From Narcine bancroftii (Eukaryota): a stretch of DNA of 64,000 bases. The stretch lies in the NCBI RefSeq assembly GCF_036971445.1, contig NC_091471.1, positions 195,424,001 to 195,488,000 of the forward strand, read 5' to 3'. Made by a program: the position numbers and the translations under genes. The notes under the pieces were generated by a model. That model searched no databases. It was given only the letters and a program-made list of their open reading frames with translations, and was not told the origin of the DNA. Positions 13,449-26,250 of the stretch are shown one piece after another. Position 1 is the stretch's first letter; each line of letters begins with the position of its first letter.

Positions 13449-16400
13449 GGGTATCAGGGGTTTCTTCCAGTTGGGACCCAAAAAAGTGGATACCGTTTTT
13501 TCTGGTGGACACAGAGGCCATTAGATCATCATTAAGCATTATACCGGAGGGAGTTAGATTCACTACTGCACAATTAAAGGTATCGGGAGTAGGGGGGAGA
13601 GTCATGAAGACTCCTCTGATCAAGGGGGTCTGTGTGAAGTATCAAGACAGGGAGACACTTGAAGACCTGATTCTGTTTCCTCAAGCTGGGGTGAATCTGA
13701 TGGGATGAGATCTGCAAATTAGACTAGGAGTCGGTACTGCTCCAGTGGAAGGACGTATAATGGTGAAATTGTACCCATTGAGGGAAGAGGATATCCAGGA
13801 CATTGGGGACTGTGTCTGGGCCGGAGAGAGAAACAGGGGAGGACTGCAAATAACCCTAAAGGAGGGGTTCCAGCCAGTATGAGTGAAACAGTATCCATTT
13901 CGGTAGAAGAACGAAGAGCCCTTCATCCGGTTATTGAAAATTTGTTGCGAGATGGAATGCTAGAAGATTGCATGTCCCCTTATAACACCCCTGTCCTCCC
14001 TGTATGGAAAACGAATGGGACTTTCCGCTTGGTCCAGGATCTATGTGAATTAAATAAGATTGTTCAGACACGACATCCAGTAGTCCCAAACCCCTATAAC
14101 ATATTGAATCGAATTCCCCCGGAACACGAGTGGTTTAGTGTTGTAGATTTGAAAGATGATTTTTGGAATTGCCCCTTGGATGAGAACAGTCGGGACTTGT
14201 TTGCATTCGAGTGGGAGCACCTCACTCGGGAAGAAAACAGCAGTATCGATGGACAGTCCTCCTGCAAGGGTTTACAGAATCTCCCAATATATTTGGACAA
14301 GTGTTAGAGCAAGTATTAGAAGAACATCCAAACACTCCGGGAACACGGTTAATACAGTATGTAGACGACCTGTTGATTTCAGGAACAAAGGAAATGAAAT
14401 CCACCATTGAGTTGCTAAACTTCTTGGGAGAGAAAGGATTAAGAGTTTCTTAGAACAAACTGCAATTCGTCGAACAGGAAGTAAGGTATTTGGGACACTT
14501 GATTAGTCAAGGGAAAAAGAGAATCAGACCTGAACAATTTGCTGGTATCACCGGTCTGCCTATACCTAAAAAACAGAAGGAGATAAAGAAGTTCCTTGGA
14601 TTAATCGGGTATTGCCGACTGTGGATAGATAGATATGCACAGAAAGTGCGATTCTTATATGAAAAACTGGGAAGCGAAAAAGAAAATGTGGAGTGGAACC
14701 TAGAAGAACAGCAGGAATTTAATCGCTTGAAGAAAGACTTGATTAATGCTCTGGTCCTGGCTTTGCCTGATATTAATCAGCCTTTCCACTTGTTTGTAAA
14801 TGTGGAAAAAAGGATAGCTTTGGGAGTGCTAGCTCAGAAAAGAGGAGGCCAAAGGCAACCTGTGGCATTCCTCTCAAAAATGTTAGACCTAGTATAACAA
14901 GGGTGGCCAGAATGCATTCAAGCAATAGCAGCTGCAGCAGTATTAATGGAAGAAAGTCGAAAATTTACCTTTGCAGGGAGTCTGGTTGTATTCACTCCCC
15001 ACACTGTCAGAACCATTTTAACTCAAAAGTCTCACAGATGGTTGACAGTCTCAATAATTTTAAAGTATGAGGCAATCTTAATGGAAAAAGGTGATGACTA
15101 TTTGTACATATAAAAGTCTGAACCCTTCACAGTTCCTGTACTCGTCAGGAGAAGATAAAGAACCAGAGGACTCAGGGCACGACTGTAGCGAGGTGGTCGA
15201 ACTGCAAACGAAAAGTCGAAATGATTTAGAAGAGGAGCCCATCTCGGAAGGACAACGGTGGTTCATAGATGGATCGTCGAGCTGTATAGATAGAAAGAGA
15301 TACAGTGGATATGCTTATCATTGATGGAGTTACCGAAACCGAGGTGGAAACTGGGCATCTGCCCGGCAGCTGGTCCACTCAGTCCTGTGAGTTGTATGCC
15401 CTAATGAGAACACTGGAACTGTTGGAAGGGCAGGAAGGTACCATATATACAGATTTGAAATGTGCGTTTGGAGTGGTACACACATTTGGGAAAATTTGGA
15501 AAGAACGGGGGATGATAACAGCAAGAGGAAAAGAACTAGCTCATGAGCAACTAATTGAAAAGACTTTGGAAGCATTAATCAGAAAGAATTGCCATAGTAC
15601 ATGTACCAGGACATCTGAAGGGGAACTCACCAGAAGCGTGAGGAAATCGGATGGCTGATGAACTGGCCTGACAAGCGGCACGATCAGGAACAGTGCAGGC
15701 ACATAATGACTCTGATACCTCTCAGAGAAGGGCTGAAGAAGAACAAATGGAAAAGATGGGAGCAAAGAAGATGGAAGATGGAAAATGGTGGCTCCCCGAT
15801 GGAAGACAATTGTTAAATAAAGAAATCACCTGGCAGATACTAGGGGAACTGCACTTACGCTCCCACCGGGGAGCGCAAGCAATGTGTGATGCATTCTTAC
15901 AAACTTATGCCTGCAGAGGAGTCTATACCCTAGCAAGACAGACAGTGATCTGTTTAAAGGTTAATAAGAAAGTTATGAAAGGTATGCCTGGAGGAGGACA
16001 ACCTTTAGCAATCCGGCCGTTTCAGCAATGGCAAAAATAATTCTGGAACAAATTGTACCCCGATAGTTTATCGATTCAGATTGGGGATCGCACTTCGCTT
16101 CTAAAATTCACAGCCTGGTCTGTGAAGCCTAAGGGATAGAATGGAAGCTGCAAACACCATGGCATCCACAGAGTTCGGGAAGAGTGGAGCGAATGAATGC
16201 CACTTTAAAAAGGCAAATTACAAAACTAAAAGAAGAGACTAAATTACCCTGGACCAAGTGCTTACCGATAGCTCTTCTCAGAATTCGGACAGCCCCATGA
16301 CAAGATATTAGAATATCACCTTACGAGATGTTATTTGGACTCCCATATTTGGGGCAGGTAGAAGGAATACCTACAGTTGAAAATAATGATGTGTTTTTAA

Positions 16401-16715
16401 GGAACTATTTACTGGCAGACTCTCGTTCTCTTGCAGATTTAAAAGCTAAGGGGTCTGCTGGTGCAGAGCCCTCCTCTGGATTTCCCTATCCACTCTGTGA
16501 ATGCTGGTGACTGGGTCCTGATCAAATCGTGGAAAGAAGAAAAGCTTCTGCCCCAGTGGAACGGCCCATATCTGGTACTGTTGACCACAGAAACAGCAAT
16601 CCGAATGAAGGAAAAGGAGTGGACACACGCTTCAAGAATAAAGGGACCAGTGGACCCACCACCAGCCGCAGAGGGAAAGAGGAGTAAAAAGGGACAGAAA
16701 AGAAAACTACAATAA
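13449..16715 (+). pseudogene. pol: ERV pro-pol (PR, RT, RNase H, IN), many stops, frameshifts and deletions
   Basis: FLVDTEA (PR active-site G changed to E), YVDD, WFIDGSS (RNase H), HPQSSGRVERMN (IN core), WNGPYLVLLTT; the first catalytic Asp region of IN is deleted near 16027. Confidence 0.92.
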
Positions 16716-17735
16716 TGAAACTTCTATGCTTATTATCTCAACTTGTACTTATACATATCATAGTTTTGCATGTTGAACCTAAAGATTCTTTTATCTCTCT
16801 ATGTACTAATTATGCTAAGAACCAAAATCAAACAGATTCTTGGGTTAAGTGCGAAAATACCACACCATGACAAGTCAGGAGTCCCCTTAGTAGCAGTCCC
16901 TCTCTCCCTACATGAATTATTTGATATATATACCTTGCCCAGCAACAGTGATCCAACCACTGAAGATAAATACAAAGGGTCGTCTATACGACCAAAACCA
17001 ACAAGGTCAGCAATTACTCAGTCTGGAGTGTTGCCTCCTTTTGAGGAGGGACTTAAGAATATAACTTGCCTCTCTAATATAAATCGATCTGCCCCAGACC
17101 AACCAGGAGTTTCCAATTGCATGCAGAATCGGACCGTCACACAAATTCCGCAACCTGTAAATGGCACATATTAGGTGTGTGGACGTAAAATTTATTCATG
17201 GTTACCTGGGGAAAAGGAATGTTGGAATCAGACAAAAGGGTTTAAATTGACCTGTACACCTAAAGGTTGGAGTGGATGTTGTTACCTGGCCTACTTAATT
17301 TCCCATGTCCGTGTTCTTAACCAGCTTTAATTGGATCTGAATGTTGCACATACATCCCGGACGAATCAGCTAATATCTCTGATTTGGCAGTCCATATTAA
17401 AAAGTATAGAGAGAAAATCCGGGAGGCTGGAGACAAATATCAAAAAGGAGGTGTACAGGGTGATTGGACATGGGGTGATTGGAATTTCGGAGGTTGGGGA
17501 CTATGGTTAATGCACCTTGCAATATATGGTTTAATGATTATAATGGGTTTATTTATTGGATTGGCCATCCTATGATATGTTATTACCAGATTAGTCTACT
17601 CAGCTACTGGAGTGAAGCAGATGGTGTTGAAAAAACCCCATGGCAGATGAACAATTACAAATTCAACTAATGTTACATCAATTTGAAGAAACAAAAAGTG
17701 AACAATAATGCAATTTAATCAAAAATACATGGTAA
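16715..17735 (+). pseudogene. env: ERV env (gamma-type), internally deleted
   Basis: Signal-like MKLLCLLSQLVLIHIIVL; SU motifs NGTY*VCG and GWSGCCYLAYL; TM remnant ALIGSECCTYIPD and a hydrophobic anchor. Confidence 0.85.
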
Positions 17736-17750
17736 AGAGAAAAGGGAGGA
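17734..17750 (+). promoter_or_regulatory. ERV polypurine tract
   Basis: AAAGAGAAAAGGGAGGA, 2 nt before the 3' LTR. Confidence 0.9.
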
Positions 17751-17752
17751 AT

Positions 17753-17861
17753 TGTGAAATATGGTTGAAGATGATTAAACTCACACCATTCTGTGAAAAG
17801 AGATGGAATGCAAAGAATGTAGATGAGAGCTTGAAAACAGACAATACCAGCTAGTAGGCCT
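17753..17861 (+). repeat. ERV 3' LTR, first 109 bp only
   Basis: Near-identical to 10676..10784, then switches abruptly to a Gypsy LTR-like sequence at 17862. Confidence 0.92.
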
Positions 17862-18875
17862 TGTACTGACAATAATCACACCAGCAGTATGAATATAAGA
17901 CAACTTTAATAAACTAATATGTACACTAAGAGGTCTTGTCTCTCTGCAAGACGAACCTGGAAGGCTAGACTGTAGCTCTGTGCTGCTTTATATACAAGGT
18001 CACCGGGGTGACCCCCGCCCCCACCCCCACCCCCACCCCCATCCTCCTTCCCTTGTTTATAGTTTATGTCCAAAATTTTTCATGGCTCCGTTGCCTTCTC
18101 GACCTCCTTGGTAGTGGTATAGGGGTGGGGAGTGCGGTCTGCTTTTCAGCCTTTCTTGGTGGAGGTGTGGGAGTGGGAAGTACTAGATGCCCCTGTGGCC
18201 GTGTGGGCTGGGGATCCTCTTGTATGGGGTTAGGTCCAGCCATCAAGTCTAGGGTGGTGATATTTTGTGGGGCAGGCGGACCCAGGGTCCTGATTTCCAG
18301 GGTGGGTGGTATAGTCCTCTGGGGTGACTTAATGGACGACTGTTCTAGTGACTGCTGCTGTGCTCCTTGTTGATCCATAGACATCTGTGTTTCCTCCCCG
18401 TTGTTCACACATCTGGCCAGCGCGAGATCCCTGGTGGCCACCGAGTCTTCTCTTCCATCTGGGAATGTGACGAAGGCGTACTGAGGGTTCATGTGCCTCA
18501 ATTCCACTTGATCCATCAGCGGGTTCACCTCGTGGGGTCTCCAGTGCTTCCGGAGGAGAACAGGTCCGGTGTCATCATCCATTTAGACAGCATTGTGCCC
18601 GTCAAGGCTTTCCTTGTGAAAGAAAAGATACGGTCATGTGGCGTCATGTTAGTGGCAGTACACAACAAAGAACATATAGAGTGTAGGGCCTCTAGCAACA
18701 CTTCTTGCCATCTAGTAACAGGCAGGTCTTTTGCTTTTATCAGGGTAGCTTTGACTGGGTGGCAAAATTGCAGTTTGCATTCTGCACAGATGGGGCAGCT
18801 CTTGTTCACTGACCTGACTTCCTCTACTGAAAATGGGAGGTTTTGGGTTTTAATGAAGTGAAACAATCTAGTGAC
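17862..18875 (-). mobile_element. Gypsy element A: 3' LTR remnant plus deleted integrase
   Basis: VTRLFHFIKTQNLPFSVEEVRSVNKSCPICAECK (IN zinc finger), SLLCTATNMTPHDRIF, NPQYAFVTFPDGREDSVATRDLA. Confidence 0.85.
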
Positions 18876-21800
18876 TCTATCAATAACTCCAAAGCCTTAG
18901 AGTGAGGAACAATAGGCTTTATTATACATTTAGACATGTAGCTGGCCTGATTCCAAGTGCTCGACTGAGGATGGAGAGGAAGGTTGACCTTTATTCCAGG
19001 GTCACAAGGGGAGCAGTTACCAGGGAGCAAATCACCAGTGGGGGACGGGCCAGCTATCCAGCAGCAGTTACATATTTGTATCACCACATTCACCATCTCT
19101 TTTAAAACAAAAACCCTGTGGGTTAAAATTCCTAAAGGTTCAGCCAGTCAGGTGGTCTCCTTTACCTCTGTGACCGGCTCCATTGCTGGACGTGTGTCCT
19201 GAGGCTGGGCAGGGAGGGCTGGCTCCATCGGAGGTGGAGCTTGGTTATATGTGGGGGCAGTTGTGGTGGTTGAAGCACCTGGAGCAGAGTCCAGGGTGTA
19301 TGGAGTGGTGGGTGGGGGTGAGTCGCTGACCTGCTCTGAGTCCCTGAAGGGGGCAGTATGGGTGTAGGTGGGGCTGGGGAGTGGGCAGGGGTCTCTGACG
19401 TGCACCAGGTCCTGTATTGGGCTGTGTCATCATGGCCAACCGGGTACACCATGTAGGCATACTGAGGATTGGCGTGCAAGAGTTAGACCTCTTCGACCAA
19501 CAGGTCAGATTATGACCCCTCACATTTCCGCAGCGGGACGGGTCCTGTGGAGGGGGTTGTTGCAGGTGGAGAGCTCGATTCTCCACCTCGGGATTTTGGC
19601 ATTTTTGATCTTTTCCCACAACTTGTTATTGAACCTGAATCTAACGGCTCGTTGGTCCGTTAGCAGGGTAAATCTCTTCCCAGCCTGGTACTGACGCCAG
19701 TGGCGTACCACCTCAATGATGGCCTGCACCTCCTTTTCGACAGAGGAGTGCCATGGCTCAGGACCGTGAAGGGTTTGGGAGAAAAAGGCTACTGGCCTGC
19801 CTGCCTGCTTGAGAGTAGCAGCCAGCATGAAGTCGGAGGCATTGCGCCTGAAACGGGATGGATTTGTCCACAGTATGCATCATGCCTTTGGCCATGTCTC
19901 CCTTGATCTAGGTGAAGGCTGCCCGGGCTTCTGCTGATAAGGGAAGGTTATGGGTCTTACCAGGGTATAGGCTTTATCGGCATAGTTGGGCACCCATTGG
20001 CGAAATAAGAAAAGAACCCAGGCTCCTTTTTAGTGCCTTGAGGTGTGCAGGCTCAGGAGTTCCATTAGGGGAAGCATGTGGTCAGGGTCAGGGGCAATGA
20101 CACCATGTGCTACCATATGCATCTGAGGAGGGCCAAGCAAGTCATACTAAACACACACTTGTCCTTGTTGTAGGTCAGATTGAGGGACTTCGCAGTGTGG
20201 AGAAATTTGCCAAGGCTCACATCATGTTCCTGCTTGTCATTGCCGCAGATGGTAATATTATCTAGGTAGGGGAGCATGGCCGTCAGTTTGTGCTTGTCCA
20301 AACTGGAGGGTAACTGGAGGAAGTGGCAGAGCCTGCAATCTGCTTTGAACACGGTATATTGGCTGACTCCTGGGCATAGGTAGAGTTGGTGGTACGCCGA
20401 CTTTAGTCAATGGTGGAGAATACCCTGTACTGGGCGATATTGTTGAACATCAGCAATCTCAGGAAGGGGGTATATGTCCATACGAGGTTTACATCCACCC
20501 CTGACCACTTGGGCTCTCCACAGGCTGGAGCTGGGCGCTACGACCCCCTCCTCCAGGAGTCACTGCACCTCAAACTTTATGAATACCCTGTCCTCAGTGC
20601 TGTAGTGTCTGCTCTTAATCACTACAGGCTTACTGTCTGGGATCAGATTCTTAAATAATGATAGTGGGAGTATATGGAGGGTGGAGAGACTGCAGCCGAG
20701 GGCTGGCTGTGAGGGGTCCTTAAGCTGGGGGGTTGTACACATTGATGGGTGGTTGGGCCCCCCCGGATGTCATCGTGACATTCCTGAATTGGCTTTTGAA
20801 GTCCAGCCCCAGAAGGATTGGTGCACAGAGCTGAGGCATTAACAATAAAGAGGAATTGTCATAATATTTACCCCGCACTGTTAACAATGCAATGCAATAC
20901 CCACGGACCTTCGCAGATTGGTCCTTTGCGGCCATTGATATCATGCCATTTGTTGGTCTGACAGGGAGAGAGATTTTTGTGAGCAGTGCCCAGGTGCATG
21001 AAGCTTTCAATGCTTCCACTGTTGAACAGGCAGTTAATTCATTTCCCATTTACCCCATTCTTCATCATCGAGTGGGTGATCAGGTGAGGGCTGCCCTGAT
21101 CCTAGATGATGGACACTAGTGGCGGGTCGCCGTTGCTGTCGGACCACACGGTCGCACCAGGAGAGGCGGATGAAGAAGGTGGAAGTGACGTTGTCCACGA
21201 TGACAAAAGTGGAACCGGATAAGATGGTGACCCCCTTGCCCGGTAGAGAAGCCAAGTGGCTTCTCTTGCCAGGCAACATCACCAGGGGTGCTTCTGCTGG
21301 CCACAGAAGAAGCACTTTGGGTGCTCAGCTGTGGTGGCAGGGGCGGGGTCGGGCCCCCCCTGTAAGGAGGTGGCCTGTGAAGCTGTGTCTCATAATACTG
21401 CACCCACTGCCCGTGTGTGGAGGGCCTGTTGTCGGCAGTGATAGATTCAGCATTGCGGTGGTCTGAATCTAAAGGCTTCGCGAGCTGGAGGGCTCTCTGC
21501 AACGGCAGCCTGCCCTCTAGCAGTTACTGGCTGATGCAGGCATCCCGGATCAGCTCTTCCACATACTGGTCTGCCGATACTAGTGCAGGGATATTGCCCC
21601 TGTATTTTTGCCCCAGATCATGCAGGACCTGAAAGAAATCGTTCAGAGTCTCACCGGATTGCTGTTTTCTCGAGGCCAGGAGGTACCATGAGTAGACTTC
21701 ATTTACCTGCAGTCTGTAGAGGTTGTGGAGCTTGGTAATGGCTTCAGAGTAAGTCATGAAGCCCCTGATCACCAATTATGCATGGCAGCCGACCCTCGCT

Positions 21801-22221
21801 CACCGTAACTTGAGTTTCTTCTTGTCAGAGTCCACGAGGTCCTCAGAAGCTTCCAGGACATCTGTGAAGCACTCGATCCACTGCTCGTACAGCTCTGGGC
21901 CTCCGGGTGTCTGCGGGTTGAGGTCTAGTCTGTTGGGGCACGGCAGTTTGTCCATCCTGTGTGGAAAATTTAAAGTGTAATAAATTGATAGGCTCTATCA
22001 ATAATTCCAAAGCCGTAGAGTGAGGCTTTATTACACTTTAGACTTGTAGCTGGCCCAATTCCAAGTGCTCGACTGAGGACAGGGAGAGGGAGGTCGACAT
22101 TTATTCCAGGGTCACAAGGGGAGGACTTAACAGGGAGCGAGTCACCAATAGGGGATGGGCCAGTTACATACTCAGTCTTTGTAATTGTGAAGCACCCCTC
22201 TTAACCAGGATCACCACCACA
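18876..22221 (-). mobile_element. Gypsy element B, LTR-gag-PR-RT-RH-(partial IN)-LTR, decayed
   Basis: Direct repeats at 18876..19088 and 21986..22221; PPT near 19089-19105; gag LASRKQQSGETLNDF...EELIRDA, PR ILLGLDF, RT PYLDNITICG, RH RPVAFFSQTL...SSVEKE. Confidence 0.9.
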
Positions 22222-22759
22222 AAGCTCTACATCAAAGATACAGCAGTGACAGGGATGTGGGGACAGAAGCCATGCTCCTACCATCGGCTACATGACAGCT
22301 TCTGAAAGCTCTCAGGATGGACGTTATTTGAAAACACTTGCAAAAAAATTTAAAAACTAAGGAAATTGAAGAGAAGTTTGCTTAAAAGAACATGAAAATG
22401 CTAGAGAATAGAAAATATTAACATATATTGAAATAAATAAAAATAGAATCTTTTCTAAACTTTAACAAAAGTCGGTAACCCCATTCAAATGTGCCATCTA
22501 CGGTTGGCCTGAAGGTGAGGGGCTTGATATGCAGGATCCTTCTAGCGATTATGGTTAGACCAATTTTTGAAATACAGAAGCCACCACGGTGGGGGTTGTT
22601 CAGTAGTCACTGAAAAGTGGTGAAGAAGAATGATTAAACCTTGCAGGTTGCTTTCAGTGGAGACATCGTGCCAAAGTAGCAATGCTTGCATGATTGGTTT
22701 TATGAATATTTCCAACCTTGCTGGTCACCAACTGCACTTTTCATCTGAATACCAATATT

Positions 22760-24151
22760 AGAACCATTATACCACAGAAAAAAGTCCTTTGGCCCCTCTA
22801 GTCTGTGGGAAATTATTATTATGCCTAGTCCCACTGACCTGCACCCAGTGTGTAGCCCTCCATACCCTTCCTATCCATGTACCTGTCCAAATTCTTCTTA
22901 GATGTTAAAATTGAGCCCGCATTCACCATTTCAGCTGGCAGCTCGTTCCACACCTCCACCACTCTCTGTGTGAAGAAGTTCCTCCTAATGTTTCCCCTAA
23001 GTTTTTCCCCTTTCACTCTTAACCCATGTTCTCTGGTTTGTATCTCACCTACCCTCAGTGGAAATAAAAGCCTAAATACATTTACTCTGCCTAATTTAAA
23101 TACTTCAATCAAATCTCCCCTCATTCTACTTCACTCCAGTGAATAAAGCCCTAACCTGTTTAATCTGTCCCTGTAATTTAGCTCCTAAAGTTCAGGCAAA
23201 TCCAAGTAAATCTTCTCAGAACTCTTTCAATCTTATCGATTTATTTCTGTAGTTAGGTGACCAAAACTGCACACAATATTCCAAATGGGGCCTCACCATA
23301 ACATCCAAACTCCTATACTCAGTCCTTTGATATATGAAGGCCAATGTGCCAAAAGCTCTCTTTACAACCTTATCTCCCTGTGACACCACTTTCAGGGAAT
23401 TATGTACCTGATTTCCCAGATCCCTCTGCCCTACCGCACTCCTCAGAGCCGTACTATTTTCCGTGTATGTACTTTCTTGGTTTGTCCTTCCAAAAGGCAG
23501 CACCTCACACTTCTCTGCATTAAATTCCTCCTACCATTTTTCATCCAATTTTTTCAGCTGGTTTGGATCCCTTTGCAAGCTTTGAAACTTGCTGATCCAA
23601 TTTACCACATTATCATCCAGAAATCCAGATTATTGTAGATGACAAACAACAATGGCCCCAGCGCTGATCCCTGAGGTACAATACTAGTCACAGGCCTCCA
23701 GTCTGAGAGGTAATCATCCACGACTACTCTCCAGCTTCTCCTATATAGCAATGTTGAATCTTGTTTATTACCTCAGCATGAAAACCGAGCATATGAATCT
23801 TCCTGATTAACCTCTCATGTGGGACCTTGTCAAAGGCCATATTAAAGTCCATGTAGACAACATCTACAACCTTTCCTTCATCAACTTTCCTGGTAAAGTC
23901 CTCGAAAAACTCCTTAAGATTGGATACCACACACAAAACCATATTGACTATCCCTAATTAGTCCTTGGCTATCCAAATACTTGTCTATCCGATCTCTTAG
24001 AACACCTTACTATCCAAAAATTTACCTACTATTGACATCAGGCTCACCACCCTATAATTTCCTGGGTTATTTTTGGAATCCTTTTTTGAACAATGGAACA
24101 GCATGAGCTACCTTCCAATCCTTCAGCACCACACCTGTGGTTAAGGACATG
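22760..24151 (-). mobile_element. CR1 LINE, 5'-truncated, decayed
   Basis: DWKVAHAVPLFKKG, VDVVYMDFNMAFDKVPH, VRPHLEYCVQFWSP, RGDLIEVFK, NFFTQRVV. Confidence 0.92.
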
Positions 24152-24162
24152 TTAAATATTTC

Positions 24163-25185
24163 TTTCTTTCTTTGGCTTGGCTTCGCGGACGAAGATTTAT
24201 GGAGGGGGTAAAAAGTCCACGTCAGCTGCAGGCTCGTTTGTGGCTGACCAGTCCGATGCGGGACAGGCAGACACGATTGCAGCGGTTGCAAGGGAAAATT
24301 GGTTGGTTGGGGTTGGGTGTTGGGTTTTTCCTCCTTTGCCTTTTGTCAGTGAGGTGGGCTCTGCGGTCTTCTTCAAAGGAGGCTGCTGCCCGCCAAACTG
24401 TGAGGCGCCAAGATGCACGGTTTGAGGCGTTATCAGCCCACTGGCGGTGGTCAATGTGGCAGGCACCAAGAGATTTCTTTAGGCAGTCCTTGTACCTTTT
24501 CTTTGGTGCACCTCTGTCACGGTGGCCAGTGGAGAGCTCGCCATATAATACGATCTTGGGAAGGCGATGGTCCTCCATTCTGGAGACGTGACCCATCCAG
24601 CACAGCTGGATCTTCAGCAGCGTGGACTCGATGCTGTCGACCTCTGCCATCTCGAGTACCTCGACGTTAGGGGTGTGAGCGCTCCAATGGATGTTGAGGA
24701 TGGAGCGGAGACAACGCTGGTGGAAGCGTTCTAGGAGCCGTAGGTGGTGCCGGTAGAGGACCCATGATTCGGAGCCGAACAGGAGTGTGGGTATGACAAC
24801 GGCTCTGTATACGCTTATCTTTGTGAGGTTTTTCAGTTGGTTGTTTTTCCAGACTCTTTTGTGTAGTCTTCCAAAGGCGCTATTTGCCTTGGCGAGTCTG
24901 TTGTCTATCTCATTGTCGATCCTTGCATCTGATGAAATGGTGCAGCCGAGATAGGTAAACTGGTTGACCGTTTTGAGTTTTGTGTGCCCGATGGAGATGT
25001 GGGGGGGCTGGTAGTCATGGTGGGGAGCTGGCTGATGGAGGACCTCAGTTTTCTTCAGGCTGACTTCCAGGCCAAACATTTTGGCAGTTTCCGCAAAGCA
25101 GGACGTCAAGCGCTGAAGAGCTGGCTCTGAATGGGCAACTAAAGCGGCATCATCTGCAAAGAGTAGTTCACGGACAAGTTTCTCT
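24163..25185 (-). mobile_element. RTE-clade LINE, 5'-truncated young copy with open frame
   Basis: ELLFADDAAL through to the stop codon without interruption; (GAAA)n tail; TTAAATATTTC duplicated at 24152-24162 and 25186-25196. Confidence 0.95.
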
Positions 25186-25299
25186 TTAAATATTTCACAA
25201 GAACAAGATATACAGTAAGAGCAGAAGTAGTCCAATCAGTCCATCGGGTCTGATCTGCCATGTTATCATGAGCTGATCCTTATCAATCAGCCCCACAAG

Positions 25300-25810
25300 T
25301 ATGTTGAATGGGAGGACAACAAGGAATGTCATTGAACAGAGACCTAGGGGGGGTCCAAATCCATAGGTCCCTGAAAGAGGTTACATAGGTAGATAGGATA
25401 AGCCATAGATTGAAGTGCAGAATAGAAAAGTAGGGATATTATGTTGCAATTTGACAAAACATTGGTTTAGCCAAGCTTAGGAATGTTGTGCGTAATTCTG
25501 GTCATCAAATTATGTACATTCACCAGGATGCCTGCTTTGATTGGAGGACATTAGTCATAGGGAGAGATTGGATAGGTAGAGCTTGTTTACCCAAGAACTA
25601 AAGAAGCTGAGTGAAAGTGTATAAGATTATGAGAGGCATAAACAGATTAGTCAAAATCTTTTTTTTCCATTGTAGGGTTATCAAACTCAAGAGGGCAGAC
25701 GTGTAATGTGAGAGTTTTAAAGGGGACCTAATTGTTAATTTTTTAACACAATGAATGATATCCAAAACATGCTGCCAGAACAGATATGATTACGTTTCTG
25801 AACCATTTGT
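25300..25810 (+). mobile_element. Old CR1 fragment
   Basis: Degenerate QRDLGV and LVRPxLE-CV-FWS motifs. Confidence 0.65.
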
Positions 25811-26250
25811 GGAAGGAGGGGCCTACCTGGTTTAGACTGATCAATGTTAATTAATGCCCATATGTTCCTTGCTGCTCTATGAACAAATGCTGTGGGGGCT
25901 GGAAATAATTTTAAGAGATGTGAGGGGCCCCATGATGTGTGCTGCTGGGCAACCCTATCGAGCTAGTAAATTTCCATCAGCCCGGAGTTCCCCAGATGAC
26001 TTACAAGGACAATCCCGAGGAAAGGGGAAACCGGTTTATGTGGTGCAATTTGCAGATGAATTGTATGTAGCTTAATGCTGATAGGGTATTGCTTGTCACA
26101 TGGGAAACTACTGTTTTGTGATTGGTTGTTAGATTGTAGCAGGGTATACAAACACATGCATTTATATGTTCAGGGAGCTCCTTGATATCCTGTGGGTGCA
26201 ATGGACCTCCTGCAAGCTTGCGTGTAATAAAGGTGTACCGGGAAACAAAA

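Larger units (their letters stand above)
10676..17861 (+). mobile_element. Endogenous retrovirus, class I (gamma-like), HERV-I/HERVIP10-related; defective, 3' LTR truncated
   Basis: LTR-PBS-gag-pro-pol-env-PPT-LTR order; RT reads SRDLFAFEWE/HSGRKQQYRWTVLLQGFTESPNIFGQVLEQVLE...QYVDDLL, which I recall as characteristic of the HERV-I group. Confidence 0.93.

Noticed and set aside
16715-17735. Domesticated syncytin-like env
   Set aside because: It has a frameshift, in-frame stops and deletion of the fusion peptide and ISD; no intact ORF remains.
24222-25235. 337-aa ORF as a host gene or functional reverse transcriptase
   Set aside because: It is a 5'-truncated RTE copy; the N-terminal residues come from flanking DNA, and the endonuclease and most of RT are missing.
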